From a virus (taxonomy: Duplodnaviria > Caudoviricetes): a DNA stretch of 64,000 bases. A program made the translations under genes and the position numbers. Each line of letters begins with the position of its first letter. The first letter of the stretch is position 1. The stretch spans positions 29,312-93,311 of IMG/VR virus record IMGVR_UViG_3300013296_000013; one strand, 5' to 3'. Shown in pieces: positions 54,371-63,820 of this stretch. Under the pieces are notes generated by a model. It saw only the letters and a program-made list of their open reading frames with translations. It was not told where the DNA came from and ran no database searches.

Positions 54371-55144
54371 CTAAAGATTTAAGTCGCTCTTTGTTATGAT
54401 GTACGACTTAACTAGCGGTGATCTTACGATGTCGCTCTTCTCAAAGTCGATGAACTCAAATGCCTTCATTTTTTGAATGATCGTCATGAAGTTTTTGAGT
54501 CCGCTCCTCTCCTGCTCCTTGGTGAAATCCGACTGTCTGAAGTCTCCACAGAAGATGATCTTACTGTTCTTACCCAGACGTGTGATAATGCTGTCGAGTT
54601 CGTGGAAACTCATGTTCTGCATTTCGTCGACGATCACGATAGCGTCATTTATCGTAACGCCTCTGATATAACTGGTCGAGATGAAATCTATCGTACCTTT
54701 ATGCTTAAGTAGCGCATAGGCGTCGCCTCTATTAAACAGCTCAGTACAGATCTGTGAATATGGCGCTTCATATACCTCGGACTTCTGCTTCTCATCACCT
54801 GGAAGAAAGCCGATATCACGAGTAGGAACTACTGAACGTACTACGATAATTCTTCTGTAAGACGACAGACCTGAGAAGATCTCTTCGAGCGCTAGGGCTA
54901 TAGCTAGGAAGGTCTTACCAGTTCCTGCGATACCGTGCGCCATGAGGTTCTTACCAGCTCTGAAGGCTTCGAACATGTCACGTTGCTTTTGAGTCAGTGG
55001 CGAAAGGTTTCTCATCTCCAAACCGTGGTTTGGCTTTGCACCTTCAGTAGTCTTAGCCTGCTGTCTCAGTATTCTTTTTTCACGCTTAGATAGACGCGTT
55101 GTTTCTTGCATTGACGTTCTCTTAGAATAGAGAGACTCAATCAA
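54371..55144 (-). CDS. phoH: PhoH-like ATPase
   Basis: GIAGTGKT, IGFLPG, RGVT, DEMQN, GDFRQSD, DIVRS. Confidence 0.95.
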   Translation of the reverse strand: MIESLYSKRTSMQETTRLSKREKRILRQQAKTTEGAKPNHGLEMRNLSPLTQKQRDMFEAFRAGKNLMAHGIAGTGKTFLAIALALEEIFSGLSSYRRIIVVRSVVPTRDIGFLPGDEKQKSEVYEAPYSQICTELFNRGDAYALLKHKGTIDFISTSYIRGVTINDAIVIVDEMQNMSFHELDSIITRLGKNSKIIFCGDFRQSDFTKEQERSGLKNFMTIIQKMKAFEFIDFEKSDIVRSPLVKSYIITKSDLNL

Positions 55145-55368
55145 AATGTATTAATCGTATTCCCACGTCCCGATCCCTTCTTCATATCACGAAGAATGTC
55201 ACGGAAACCTTCATCCGGTTTCATACCGATTCCACTCACGAAACCGCAAGCGCTAATAACCGGCTGAAAATGTGGATTGTCAAGGAGATACTGCTCACGA
55301 TCACTGAACTTCATCAGTTCCTCGTGTTCCTCACCTGTCTCTGTGTTGATAAACGAATATAAAGGCAT
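55141..55368 (-). CDS. FmdB-like small protein conserved in T4-like phages
   Basis: MPLYSF.N.ETGE, GFRD.L. Confidence 0.7.
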   Translation of the reverse strand: MPLYSFINTETGEEHEELMKFSDREQYLLDNPHFQPVISACGFVSGIGMKPDEGFRDILRDMKKGSGRGNTINTF

Positions 55369-55488
55369 TAGTCGTAGTCATCAATCTCGTTGAAGTAACT
55401 TATATCCCGAGTTCGTAATGCTTTATCGAACTTCTTTTCCTTGGGATTTCGTCTTTCTAGAACGGCATCCTGACCTTCGTCCCAATGA

Positions 55489-55929
55489 TTATTCTTGCGG
55501 AACTTCTTCAGTTTGCTCATATGCTAGTAGACCTGGAAATGCTTCTTCGACGACAGATTTTGTGAGCCCCTTTGGCAGCTTACGATCCTTAATAAGGAGT
55601 AGTAGTTCTGCATCCTTGGGTGCAACGCATTCAAGAATTTGAAGAAATAGATTCTGAAGTTTAGTTGGGCTTAATCGACTACCGTTTCCATTGACGAATA
55701 GGTATAAACGTCTACACTCCCTAGGCAACATTCCTTCTTGGTCAAGATAGTCTGTTGGCTTGTAAGGAGGCGCTCCTGGTGGAAGATCCCAGGAGATCGC
55801 AGGATGATAAGCGTATTGAATAAGATCGAGAAGTTGTACACTTTGATATTGTTGTAGTACAGCGATCTTTTCAGCTTTAGTTTTCTGTTGAGATGCTTTC
55901 TCGAAGATCTCGCCCAGACCCAGCTTCAT
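55489..55929 (-). CDS. Conserved T4-like hypothetical protein
   Basis: W.LP.G.PPY, E.R.LY.F, F.Q.LE. Confidence 0.75.
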   Translation of the reverse strand: MKLGLGEIFEKASQQKTKAEKIAVLQQYQSVQLLDLIQYAYHPAISWDLPPGAPPYKPTDYLDQEGMLPRECRRLYLFVNGNGSRLSPTKLQNLFLQILECVAPKDAELLLLIKDRKLPKGLTKSVVEEAFPGLLAYEQTEEVPQE

Positions 55930-56048
55930 TAAGTATGTCCTTCATGGCAGACGTCCATTTACGTTGAAATTCACAGGACGTCTTATAGAAATTTGTATTG
56001 TACAATGAATGGTAGAATTTAGCTGCCATCCGATTGTATTTATCGTTA

Positions 56049-56357
56049 TCAGACGGGGACATATTCAGTTCTTTGCGTTCGGCGGACTTTTTGAAAGCGA
56101 GGAGTTCCATCTTCTAGTTTAGAAGCGAAGCTCGAGAGTGGACGAGTAAACGTTATCTCGTTTTCGTTGAGGCTAAACCCAGGGCCATCTACTCTACGAT
56201 ATTGAACGCCAACTTCTTGTTCTTCAGTCAACCAAGTGTGACCTACGATATCATAGACACCACCCTTGTAGTGTCTATAAAGTAAAACTTCGTGCGTTGG
56301 GTATGCTTTGTACGCTGCTTGTAGCGCTTCATTAAGTAGTATAGTCTTATCAGTCAC
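56049..56357 (-). CDS. DUF1653 family protein
   Basis: YRHYKGG.Y, RP...F, RF. Confidence 0.7.
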   Translation of the reverse strand: MTDKTILLNEALQAAYKAYPTHEVLLYRHYKGGVYDIVGHTWLTEEQEVGVQYRRVDGPGFSLNENEITFTRPLSSFASKLEDGTPRFQKVRRTQRTEYVPV

Positions 56358-56565
56358 GTCTAATCTTGTCTTCAAATTCGTAGAATGTTTCGATAGCGAC
56401 ATCACGAGGAATGTCGATGTGCGAGGTATGTCCACACTCACCATCAGTAGGTTCACCACGTACTATGATACGAATAGTGTCTTCATCTACGAAGCTGACA
56501 TTGATGTATGGAGGTGCGTACGTATAGCCAACTGGCGTATACGCTGTAATGTACTTAGAACTCAT
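56350..56565 (-). CDS. Hypothetical protein
   Basis: GGAG SD. Confidence 0.55.
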   Translation of the reverse strand: MSSKYITAYTPVGYTYAPPYINVSFVDEDTIRIIVRGEPTDGECGHTSHIDIPRDVAIETFYEFEDKIRRD

Positions 56566-57412
56566 TAATATTCTCCATAAGACCGCGCATGCGATTCTTC
56601 ATGAAATAATTGAATAGGTGTTGCCGACCTCTACCACTCTGCTCGTGATATTGAGCCATAACGCTAGCTCGATGATTTTCTGGAGTGTACGATAGATCGA
56701 TAAGCTGCCTATTGCGCGCATACCCGCGCGCGGCGATAGGGTCGATCCAGATGCCTGACTTAACTTGTTGTTTGATTGCTTCTACCCGACCTTTAGTCAT
56801 AGTGGTCTGACGGATCTTCAGAGCTCGGCTATTATCCGCCGAGAGGACATTGGGAATACCGTCACTACCATCTCCATCAATGATCAGTTCGATCAAGAAC
56901 TCAGCTGGATCGGCTACGTCCATTTTGCGTTTGCGCACTGGGTCATAGTGATCTATATTAAGATATGTCTGGAGCTGCTTGAAGTCTTTATCACCCGAGA
57001 GGATGAGGATCGGCTCACCACCAGGAAGCTGAGAGCCGAACTCATTAGCGATGACTCCGATAACGTCATCAGCCTCACAACCTTCTACCGAGATGCAACG
57101 ATACGGGAAATAATTCACTAAGTCAGAACGCAGAGAGTTCATACCCTCGAAAATTCCATCCCAATCTAGTGTAGACTCCTGACGGTCTTTCTTACGATTC
57201 GCTTTGTAGTATGGGAATGCTTCGTAGCGCCAATTAGAAGATGACTCACAAGCGATAACGAGTTCACCATATTTAGCGCCGAACTTGACTCTGTTATGAC
57301 GCAGAGAATCAAGGGCGATATGCTTGAACATGTTGACTTCGATCTTTTGGGACTTACCCATATGGACCATCATCGATGCGATCATAATTTGTTGTAGATC
57401 CACGAGGATCAT
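56555..57412 (-). CDS. rnh: T4-type RNase H / 5'-3' exonuclease
   Basis: ILVD, WR...FPYYKANR, EADDVI, SGDKDF.QL, GD.SDGIPN. Confidence 0.93.
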   Translation of the reverse strand: MILVDLQQIMIASMMVHMGKSQKIEVNMFKHIALDSLRHNRVKFGAKYGELVIACESSSNWRYEAFPYYKANRKKDRQESTLDWDGIFEGMNSLRSDLVNYFPYRCISVEGCEADDVIGVIANEFGSQLPGGEPILILSGDKDFKQLQTYLNIDHYDPVRKRKMDVADPAEFLIELIIDGDGSDGIPNVLSADNSRALKIRQTTMTKGRVEAIKQQVKSGIWIDPIAARGYARNRQLIDLSYTPENHRASVMAQYHEQSGRGRQHLFNYFMKNRMRGLMENINEF

Positions 57413-57416
57413 ATTA

Positions 57417-57794
57417 TCACTGCCTTTTTGGAGGATCAATCGTTCCGTCGAACTCGACCATAAGAGTTCTATGTGTAAACAGTTGACCTTCTTCATTATA
57501 TTCGAAGAGCTCAGCTGCTACCTCTTGCAGAGGATGATACCGACCATTACGTTTCATGACGTAAGATCTGATAGACTCTACAATAATTGCTAGATCTTTA
57601 GTATAATCTACATTGGAAGAAATGTCAAGGTCAAAACCTAAGTCGCTTAAATGATCGAATAGATCTCCAGACACCTCTTCGACTAGAGCTTGAGCGTGAA
57701 TGTCTCTGATAGTCGGATGCTGAAGAGCTCTTGCGTGATCTGGAAGACCGAGAGCCCATGGACCCAGAATGACGTTGTTCGTATTAGCTTCCAT
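57417..57794 (-). CDS. Conserved hypothetical protein
   Basis: D...I.ESIRS......HPLQ. Confidence 0.65.
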   Translation of the reverse strand: MEANTNNVILGPWALGLPDHARALQHPTIRDIHAQALVEEVSGDLFDHLSDLGFDLDISSNVDYTKDLAIIVESIRSYVMKRNGRYHPLQEVAAELFEYNEEGQLFTHRTLMVEFDGTIDPPKRQ

Positions 57795-58791
57795 AGCTAA
57801 ACACTCCCTTCGATAGAGTCTTAGATGGATTTTGAGCGATGATAGACTTCATTAGAGCTTCCCAATACTTACCGCGATCTGGCCAGTTGTGGCGCTCAAT
57901 AGCTCTATTAGCAGCTACAGCCAAACGGTAGCGAGTATTGCTCTCATTGACGATATTGATAGTATGATCGAGAACGTCAAAGAAGATGTTAGCATGAGTA
58001 TTCAGATCTTCGTGCCACTGGTACATCATCGTATCGCCACAAGCTGTCTCTGGCAGCGCTCCATAGTTAGGGTGGACGCACATCAGTCCGGCCTGCATAG
58101 CTTCTATCAGACATAGACACGACGTCTCCTGCCAGATGCTTGGGTAAGCAAAGATGTCCGAATCAACTAGAGCTTTACGAACTGTATGGTTATCGGCCGT
58201 TCCGTAGTAGTTGATCTTCGGATGGGCTTCAAGAGCATTAAACAGTTCTCTATACTGCTCGTCGCGCTGCTCCCAACCATATAACTTAAACGACGAATAA
58301 ACATTAAGCTCTAGATCTAGAACGTTCTCATACTTCTTGCAAAGGGCGTCGAAGACTGGATAGAGGATGTTTAGACCACGATGTGGTGTCGACGTATAGA
58401 TCAGTCTGATCTTGCCTTCAGGATCAGACTGAGCTAGAATATCGCGCGGATCGTATACACTGTTCTCGATGACGATACAGTGCGACCACGGGATGCCGTA
58501 GTAATTGATGTACGCCTGCATCTGCCAGTTGCTGACGAAGACGATCTTGTGGAACTTATTCCAGCCGCCGTTCTTTAGAAACTCTGACTCTGGATCGCCT
58601 GGTAGGTCATGAGCCCAGTATATCCTAAATTTTGTTTCGTCTAAAACACGAAGTCTAGAGCATACTATTTGAAATTGCTCTAAAAGTTCTCTTGGAACTG
58701 AACCATCATAAAGACGCTCTTGAAGAAGTTCAGTCCCCCCTTTAGAATTTTTATTTGTTTCGTTGCGTTCCATTAAATCAAAATTAGACAT
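57784..58791 (-). CDS. Glycosyltransferase (GT4/GT-B)
   Basis: W.HD, FVS.WQ, YTS.P.RGL, YPS.W.ETSC...IEAM.AG, GALPET. Confidence 0.9.
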   Translation of the reverse strand: MSNFDLMERNETNKNSKGGTELLQERLYDGSVPRELLEQFQIVCSRLRVLDETKFRIYWAHDLPGDPESEFLKNGGWNKFHKIVFVSNWQMQAYINYYGIPWSHCIVIENSVYDPRDILAQSDPEGKIRLIYTSTPHRGLNILYPVFDALCKKYENVLDLELNVYSSFKLYGWEQRDEQYRELFNALEAHPKINYYGTADNHTVRKALVDSDIFAYPSIWQETSCLCLIEAMQAGLMCVHPNYGALPETACGDTMMYQWHEDLNTHANIFFDVLDHTINIVNESNTRYRLAVAANRAIERHNWPDRGKYWEALMKSIIAQNPSKTLSKGVFSYGS

Positions 58792-58829
58792 ATCGTAATA
58801 AATAATCCACGATCTTCTTGGAGATAACT

Positions 58830-59438
58830 ATGATCTACTTATATGTTAAAAAGTGCAGTCACTGTGATAAGAAATACTTTGGCAAAACCTATGCTAAAGA
58901 TCCTTATTCGTATTCAGGATCTGGAGTGCATTGGAAAAGACATCTTAAAGCACATGATGCTTTTCATCAAACTATTCAAATTTGGAAGTTTTTGTCTCAA
59001 GCAGAAGCTACACATTTTGCAGAAAAATTCTCATCTTATAACAATATAGTTGAATCTAGCGAATGGTTCAATTTAATTCCAGAGAATGCTTTAGATGGAA
59101 ATCCTAAAGGAAATGTTCCATGGAATAAGGGTAGAGAGACAAGTTTGAAAAATATGACGTATGAAGAAATCTACGGAAAAGATAAAGCTATTGAACTTAA
59201 AGCCATGCGATCTAAATCTAATAAAAAACGAGGAAGTAGAGAGCAAAACACTAAAGATAAAATATCTGTCACACGCAAAAAACGAATAGGAGAAGGCACA
59301 ATTAAAATAGTACCGCCTCCTATTCGTCCTCAAAATTTAAATAAAGCTATGCGTAAAGTAAAGTGCGATCATTGTGACATTATTGCATCTTATTCAAACA
59401 TTAAAAGATGGCATAATAACAAATGCAAATCTAAATGA
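58830..59438 (+). mobile_element. Free-standing GIY-YIG (Seg-like) homing endonuclease with NUMOD-type tail
   Basis: YLYVK..H..KKYFGKT..DP..Y.GSG..W; PWNKG; C.HC...WH...CK; opposite strand, AT-rich. Confidence 0.85.
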
Positions 59439-59768
59439 TTATTCATACTTACCAAACATTACGGTGTTCCATAGACCATCGACTTCTTCGAAGCTATAGT
59501 CTGAACTCCATCCACCAACGTGACATGACTTAACGGTGTAAGCATTCTCTGTATCGAATACTTTAGCGGCTCGTTCACGCTCCATGTCGTATCCATTACG
59601 ATTAAGGAATCGTACCTTAGAGCCTTTGGTGATGAAGCCGCTGTCTTTGATATGATCGGCCGTGAAAGACGGTCTTATGACCTTATTCTTGTGATCGATC
59701 TGGATGTACTCAGAGACGAATCCCTGAGACTCGAGCTCTTCAAAGCCCTCGTACTGATATTCTTCCAT
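59439..59768 (-). CDS. Hypothetical protein
   Basis: NGYD.E, WNTVMF. Confidence 0.6.
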   Translation of the reverse strand: MEEYQYEGFEELESQGFVSEYIQIDHKNKVIRPSFTADHIKDSGFITKGSKVRFLNRNGYDMERERAAKVFDTENAYTVKSCHVGGWSSDYSFEEVDGLWNTVMFGKYE

Positions 59769-60064
59769 TACGGCTTTACCGGCTTATAGTCGATCGTAGT
59801 TACTTCGACAGGTTCTACCCAAACGCAGTCGATCTCATCGCCGTCGTATTCCCACGGCTGCTCGTCCTGACACTCAGTAGCACCACGAGAGTAAGTGACC
59901 TGAAAATACTGACCAGTCGCTTTCTCTTTGAAGATCAGCTCATGCCAAGTCGACCAGCGACTCGTATCATAGATCTCGTTCTTGATCGTTTCATAATCAG
60001 GATTGTCGCCCCAAAGGATCTCTTTGAGGACTTCTTTCTTAAACTTAAACGTAACGTGTGACAT
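59768..60064 (-). CDS. Hypothetical phage protein
   Basis: SRWS, GATECQDE.P. Confidence 0.65.
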   Translation of the reverse strand: MSHVTFKFKKEVLKEILWGDNPDYETIKNEIYDTSRWSTWHELIFKEKATGQYFQVTYSRGATECQDEQPWEYDGDEIDCVWVEPVEVTTIDYKPVKP

Positions 60065-60432
60065 TATATCTCTATTAGATCCGTAGATCGATCAATGAAC
60101 TTGTATACGATCTTTTTGACGTCAAAGTATTGTTTGATGAAGTCAATGACTTCATCAGGCGTATATGGAGCACAACTATAGAGGTCGAACTCGAATAAGC
60201 CGGTGTCGTTCCAGATATGGACGACTGAATTACTGGTTGTTAGGAGAATAGACGAGGTGATACCCTCGTTGCCAGGCTCATCACACCAAAGGGTGACTGC
60301 CGGAGAAAGAACCTTCATTCTTACGTGATCGACCAAGTTGGTCATGAAGGCATTAACATGGTCGACCTGATTAGGACCCGGAGGGTTCGCTATCTCGGCG
60401 CGCACCATGAGATGTAGATGAGCTGATGGCAT
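60064..60432 (-). CDS. speD: S-adenosylmethionine decarboxylase
   Basis: HLMV, GIT...L.TS...HIW, FDLYSC. Confidence 0.8.
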   Translation of the reverse strand: MPSAHLHLMVRAEIANPPGPNQVDHVNAFMTNLVDHVRMKVLSPAVTLWCDEPGNEGITSSILLTTSNSVVHIWNDTGLFEFDLYSCAPYTPDEVIDFIKQYFDVKKIVYKFIDRSTDLIEI

Positions 60433-60442
60433 CTCATGAAAG

Positions 60443-60484
60443 CTCCTGGGCTGATGGAAGATATGTTATTTATCAGCCCAGGAG
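60443..60484 (-). promoter_or_regulatory. SD-sequestering hairpin overlapping a late promoter
   Basis: 13-bp perfect stem; GATAAATA at 60467-60474; AGGAG in the 3' arm. Confidence 0.6.
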
Positions 60485-60495
60485 TTCAATGCTAA

Positions 60496-62040
60496 TTATG
60501 GTTTATACGTACCAGAAATAGGACCGCTGTTATTAGTTGATGTCACAGTTCCTATGCTAGGTTTAGATATAATCTGCGGAGATGAATGAACATATCCTGG
60601 AACCCAGTGTTCTAAAGGTTCACGTAGAAAATCATACATCGGATATGTTGCAATAGTGCTAGGGCGGCATCCCCACTCTCCCCACTGACTACCCTTACCA
60701 GCATGATCGAAGAAACATGCAACTGATACTCCAGCAGCAGCTAGATTAGTCGCATGCTGTTTGATCAGATCGGCAGCTCTCTTACTATGACAATATTTCT
60801 GCTGAAATGATACGAGAGCTGCTTTTTGTGCTAGATCAGAGACGCGCCAAGCGTCTACAGATATATTATACTCATACAAGAACAAAGGAACACCAAGACT
60901 ATCAGCATAAGCTTTAATGACAGGAGCCCATGGTTTCTTGTTATTCATGTTCGCCGTAAGTTCGGCGTGCATAGCATCATAATTGCTGGTCAGAGCCCAT
61001 TGGATCTGAGTCGATAGAGATGACGCGCACCCCAAATATGGTGCTTCAGCTATAGCGCCAAGCATGCTGTTTGTAGCGCCAGCTTCATGATATCCAGCTA
61101 GAATTCGTTCCCACTTAGATGTGGTGTTACCGAGCTGATTAGCTAAAATAGTCTTTGCTCTAGGTGAGATACTAGATGCGATCTTAGCCACCTGACCTGA
61201 ACGAAAACCATACCAGTTGTCATACGAATAATATGCTTTGTATGACGAACCATAATGGATCTTAGCTTGTTCATCGGCGTATTTAGATTGACTAAAAGCG
61301 TTATTCCAAACTTCATTAGAATATTCAACGTATAACGTTAACTTTGGATCTAGGTGATTTATAGCAACACTGATCATCTCTCTTATTAGATCATCAGAAG
61401 CCAGATGTGGAATGTTAATCCACATATCCGATCCAACAGTATTACAAAGATCTGCTGCTAGTTCTAAAGGACAACCATTAACGGTATCAAACATATGACC
61501 AGATGGTTTTGGTCTTGTGTTAGTTAGTGGCGAGTTATTAGTTCGCATCCAATCCATGAAGCGTAATGGTGAGAAACCTTTTACGCTCGCTAAGAAGTCT
61601 GGACACCAAGCATATTTGTTATTTTGAAGTAGAGCTTCGTGTTCAGTACGATATACTTCGATATGTCCTATCGTAGAATTAGAGCTAGATGGAACTATCG
61701 TAAGTAGTGCGTTTAATAAATTCGTATTAGATGGATCATGAGTGTATGTAAATTTGTACTTACCATCCGCGGTAGTTTTAGTATATCCACCAATCGGTGT
61801 GGCCGCGCTTCCAAATCGGACTGCACTAATAGGTGTAGATATCTTTACCGTATATTCGTGAGTTCCGTCGATAACAGGAACGATAGCCTGTAGGGTACCT
61901 GGTTGAGCTGGATCGCCTGAAACCGGGTCATATTTGACAGAAGGTGGATTATATGCCGCCAAAAGCATCGCGTTAACGAATTGATTTTCTGGCGTATAAT
62001 AATCAAAACTTGAAAGGTTCATGCCGTGTTGGAATGTCAT
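60496..62040 (-). CDS. Putative glycoside hydrolase / carbohydrate-active protein
   Basis: LRFMDW..TN, W.NIPH, YVEYSNEVWN, L.YE; late-type promoter. Confidence 0.65.
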   Translation of the reverse strand: MTFQHGMNLSSFDYYTPENQFVNAMLLAAYNPPSVKYDPVSGDPAQPGTLQAIVPVIDGTHEYTVKISTPISAVRFGSAATPIGGYTKTTADGKYKFTYTHDPSNTNLLNALLTIVPSSSNSTIGHIEVYRTEHEALLQNNKYAWCPDFLASVKGFSPLRFMDWMRTNNSPLTNTRPKPSGHMFDTVNGCPLELAADLCNTVGSDMWINIPHLASDDLIREMISVAINHLDPKLTLYVEYSNEVWNNAFSQSKYADEQAKIHYGSSYKAYYSYDNWYGFRSGQVAKIASSISPRAKTILANQLGNTTSKWERILAGYHEAGATNSMLGAIAEAPYLGCASSLSTQIQWALTSNYDAMHAELTANMNNKKPWAPVIKAYADSLGVPLFLYEYNISVDAWRVSDLAQKAALVSFQQKYCHSKRAADLIKQHATNLAAAGVSVACFFDHAGKGSQWGEWGCRPSTIATYPMYDFLREPLEHWVPGYVHSSPQIISKPSIGTVTSTNNSGPISGTYKP

Positions 62041-62092
62041 ACTCAGTACTCCATATAGTGTACTGATATTTATTCCCTTGCACTCATTAACC

Positions 62093-62308
62093 TTATATAA
62101 CGTGGTAGTTCTTTCCGGCAGGTAGATCTCTGATATATTCAGGATCTTGCGCTTGCATATACCAATATGGAGCAGTCAACGACGTATTTTTCGCATTGAA
62201 CTTCTTCTCAAAAGCCCATGCATCGGTGTCATTCTCGAAGTATAGAACTTTATCGATTCTTTGACGCCAGCCACGCTCAGATTCGATGATAACAACACGA
62301 AACGGCAC
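62093..62308 (-). CDS. Hypothetical protein
   Basis: ESERGW.Q..D motif. Confidence 0.6.
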   Translation of the reverse strand: MPFRVVIIESERGWRQRIDKVLYFENDTDAWAFEKKFNAKNTSLTAPYWYMQAQDPEYIRDLPAGKNYHVI

Positions 62309-62319
62309 TGATTTACTCC

Positions 62320-62931
62320 TTATAGGTGGATAGTTCTATCGATTCGTTGCATACGAAGGATGTCAGCTGCTACGTCGTGAACCGAATTGTGAGGGATGAA
62401 CTTCTTGTTCCAATCTTCTTCGTCGTCCTGAGGACAGAAGCCGTTGACCTTGTTCTTAAAATCAAACTGTGTATCTATGTACGTACGAATATCACGCACC
62501 TTCCAATACGGAAGGATCTTATCTAGCTTCTCGCGACTAGAGTGATCTCGAAAATTACGATGAAGAAGAATAGGATCGAAGGTGTTAGATCTCGACCACC
62601 AACGGTTTATCTTACACGGAAGAACGTAGTCGTACAAGCTATGAACGAAGTCTTCGACCGAGACGTCATCTTCGGATGGAAGACACTGACGAATCTCGCC
62701 GATGTCTTTCCAAAACTTTAGATCTTCATCTTTGAATTTGTAGCCAGCTTTGACCTGCTCTTCGAGCTTGAACTTAGTGAAAATGATCTCTTCGATCAGC
62801 TCTTCGAACGTGTATGGATTGGAAGATACGAATCGAGCCCAATCAAACAGAAAGACCGAGCAATTAACGACTGGTGCTTTGAATACATCTTGACCGATTG
62901 TTTCATAGTCTAAAATGAAATGGTAATTCAC
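62320..62931 (-). CDS. dexA: DexA-like 3'-5' exonuclease
   Basis: LDYET, WSR...FD, W..RDIRT, H.S.HD.A.D. Confidence 0.85.
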   Translation of the reverse strand: MNYHFILDYETIGQDVFKAPVVNCSVFLFDWARFVSSNPYTFEELIEEIIFTKFKLEEQVKAGYKFKDEDLKFWKDIGEIRQCLPSEDDVSVEDFVHSLYDYVLPCKINRWWSRSNTFDPILLHRNFRDHSSREKLDKILPYWKVRDIRTYIDTQFDFKNKVNGFCPQDDEEDWNKKFIPHNSVHDVAADILRMQRIDRTIHL

Positions 62932-63413
62932 AATACACCTAGTTTTGCGAGTTGTTCGAGCGAGTCTTCAACAGACGTGTGCATGACCCACGTACCACCA
63001 CGCTCCTCCCAGGTAGTTTGATGTTTAGGCCAATCATCTACGATGATGTTAACAACGTCTGGAATCATATAGAGCGACTTATCTCGCGACAGACAAGTGA
63101 TCATGTCGATGCCATGAAAGATATCGCGATGATTGTGCTTCCACAAGTGCTTCTGTGGAGAAGCCCAGCTGCCCTGAGGGACGCCAGTCAGAATGGTTGG
63201 TTCGGTATGACGCACGGCGTTGATAAGACGCTCGATATTTGGCATAAGAGGAAGATTGACGAAGAACTGAGGATCGCTCATTACGACCTTCCAGAAAGCC
63301 TTCGTCCCATGCTTATCTTCGTAACCGCGAGATGGTTCTCCAGCGAGGTTTTCAAAATGGGTGTCAAAGTCAGCGCAGACTCCGTCGCAGTCAAGCCACA
63401 GTTTGAATTTCAT
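62928..63413 (-). CDS. HAD 5'(3')-deoxyribonucleotidase-like protein
   Basis: DCDGVCADF, ILTG, K..W, IVDD...W...GG. Confidence 0.85.
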   Translation of the reverse strand: MKFKLWLDCDGVCADFDTHFENLAGEPSRGYEDKHGTKAFWKVVMSDPQFFVNLPLMPNIERLINAVRHTEPTILTGVPQGSWASPQKHLWKHNHRDIFHGIDMITCLSRDKSLYMIPDVVNIIVDDWPKHQTTWEERGGTWVMHTSVEDSLEQLAKLGVL

Positions 63414-63460
63414 GATGTGTTCTTTTCGGGTAGTTGGAGGGATGGTGCCCTCCAACAGCA

Positions 63461-63820
63461 TTACAGAATTTGCATGATTACTTTTGCATTTCCAGCCCTA
63501 ACCATACCGAGCTGCCTGGCAGCTCCAAGGCTAACGTCGAGAGTTCGACGCTTGTCCCACGGACCTCTGTCCGTGATGGTAACTACAGTCTTGAGACCGT
63601 TAGCTACGTTTGTAAGTAATAGACGAGTTCCCTTGGGAAGATGTCTATGTGCGGCAGTTAATGCGTTGTAATTAAACGGTTGCCCGTTTCGCATTCTACC
63701 TTTTGCATACCAAGAAGCAATAACCGTTTCAGGTTTGTTACTTTGAATTGCTGAACTCGCTGGAGTAGGTGTGAACACCATAGCCAGTGCGAGTAAAGCT
63801 GTGATCCACATTTTGTGCAT
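63461..63820 (-). CDS. rlpA: RlpA-like lytic transglycosylase (double-psi beta-barrel), secreted
   Basis: Signal peptide; ASWY, TAAHR.LP.GT, ITDRGP, LDVS..AA..LG. Confidence 0.9.
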   Translation of the reverse strand: MHKMWITALLALAMVFTPTPASSAIQSNKPETVIASWYAKGRMRNGQPFNYNALTAAHRHLPKGTRLLLTNVANGLKTVVTITDRGPWDKRRTLDVSLGAARQLGMVRAGNAKVIMQIL

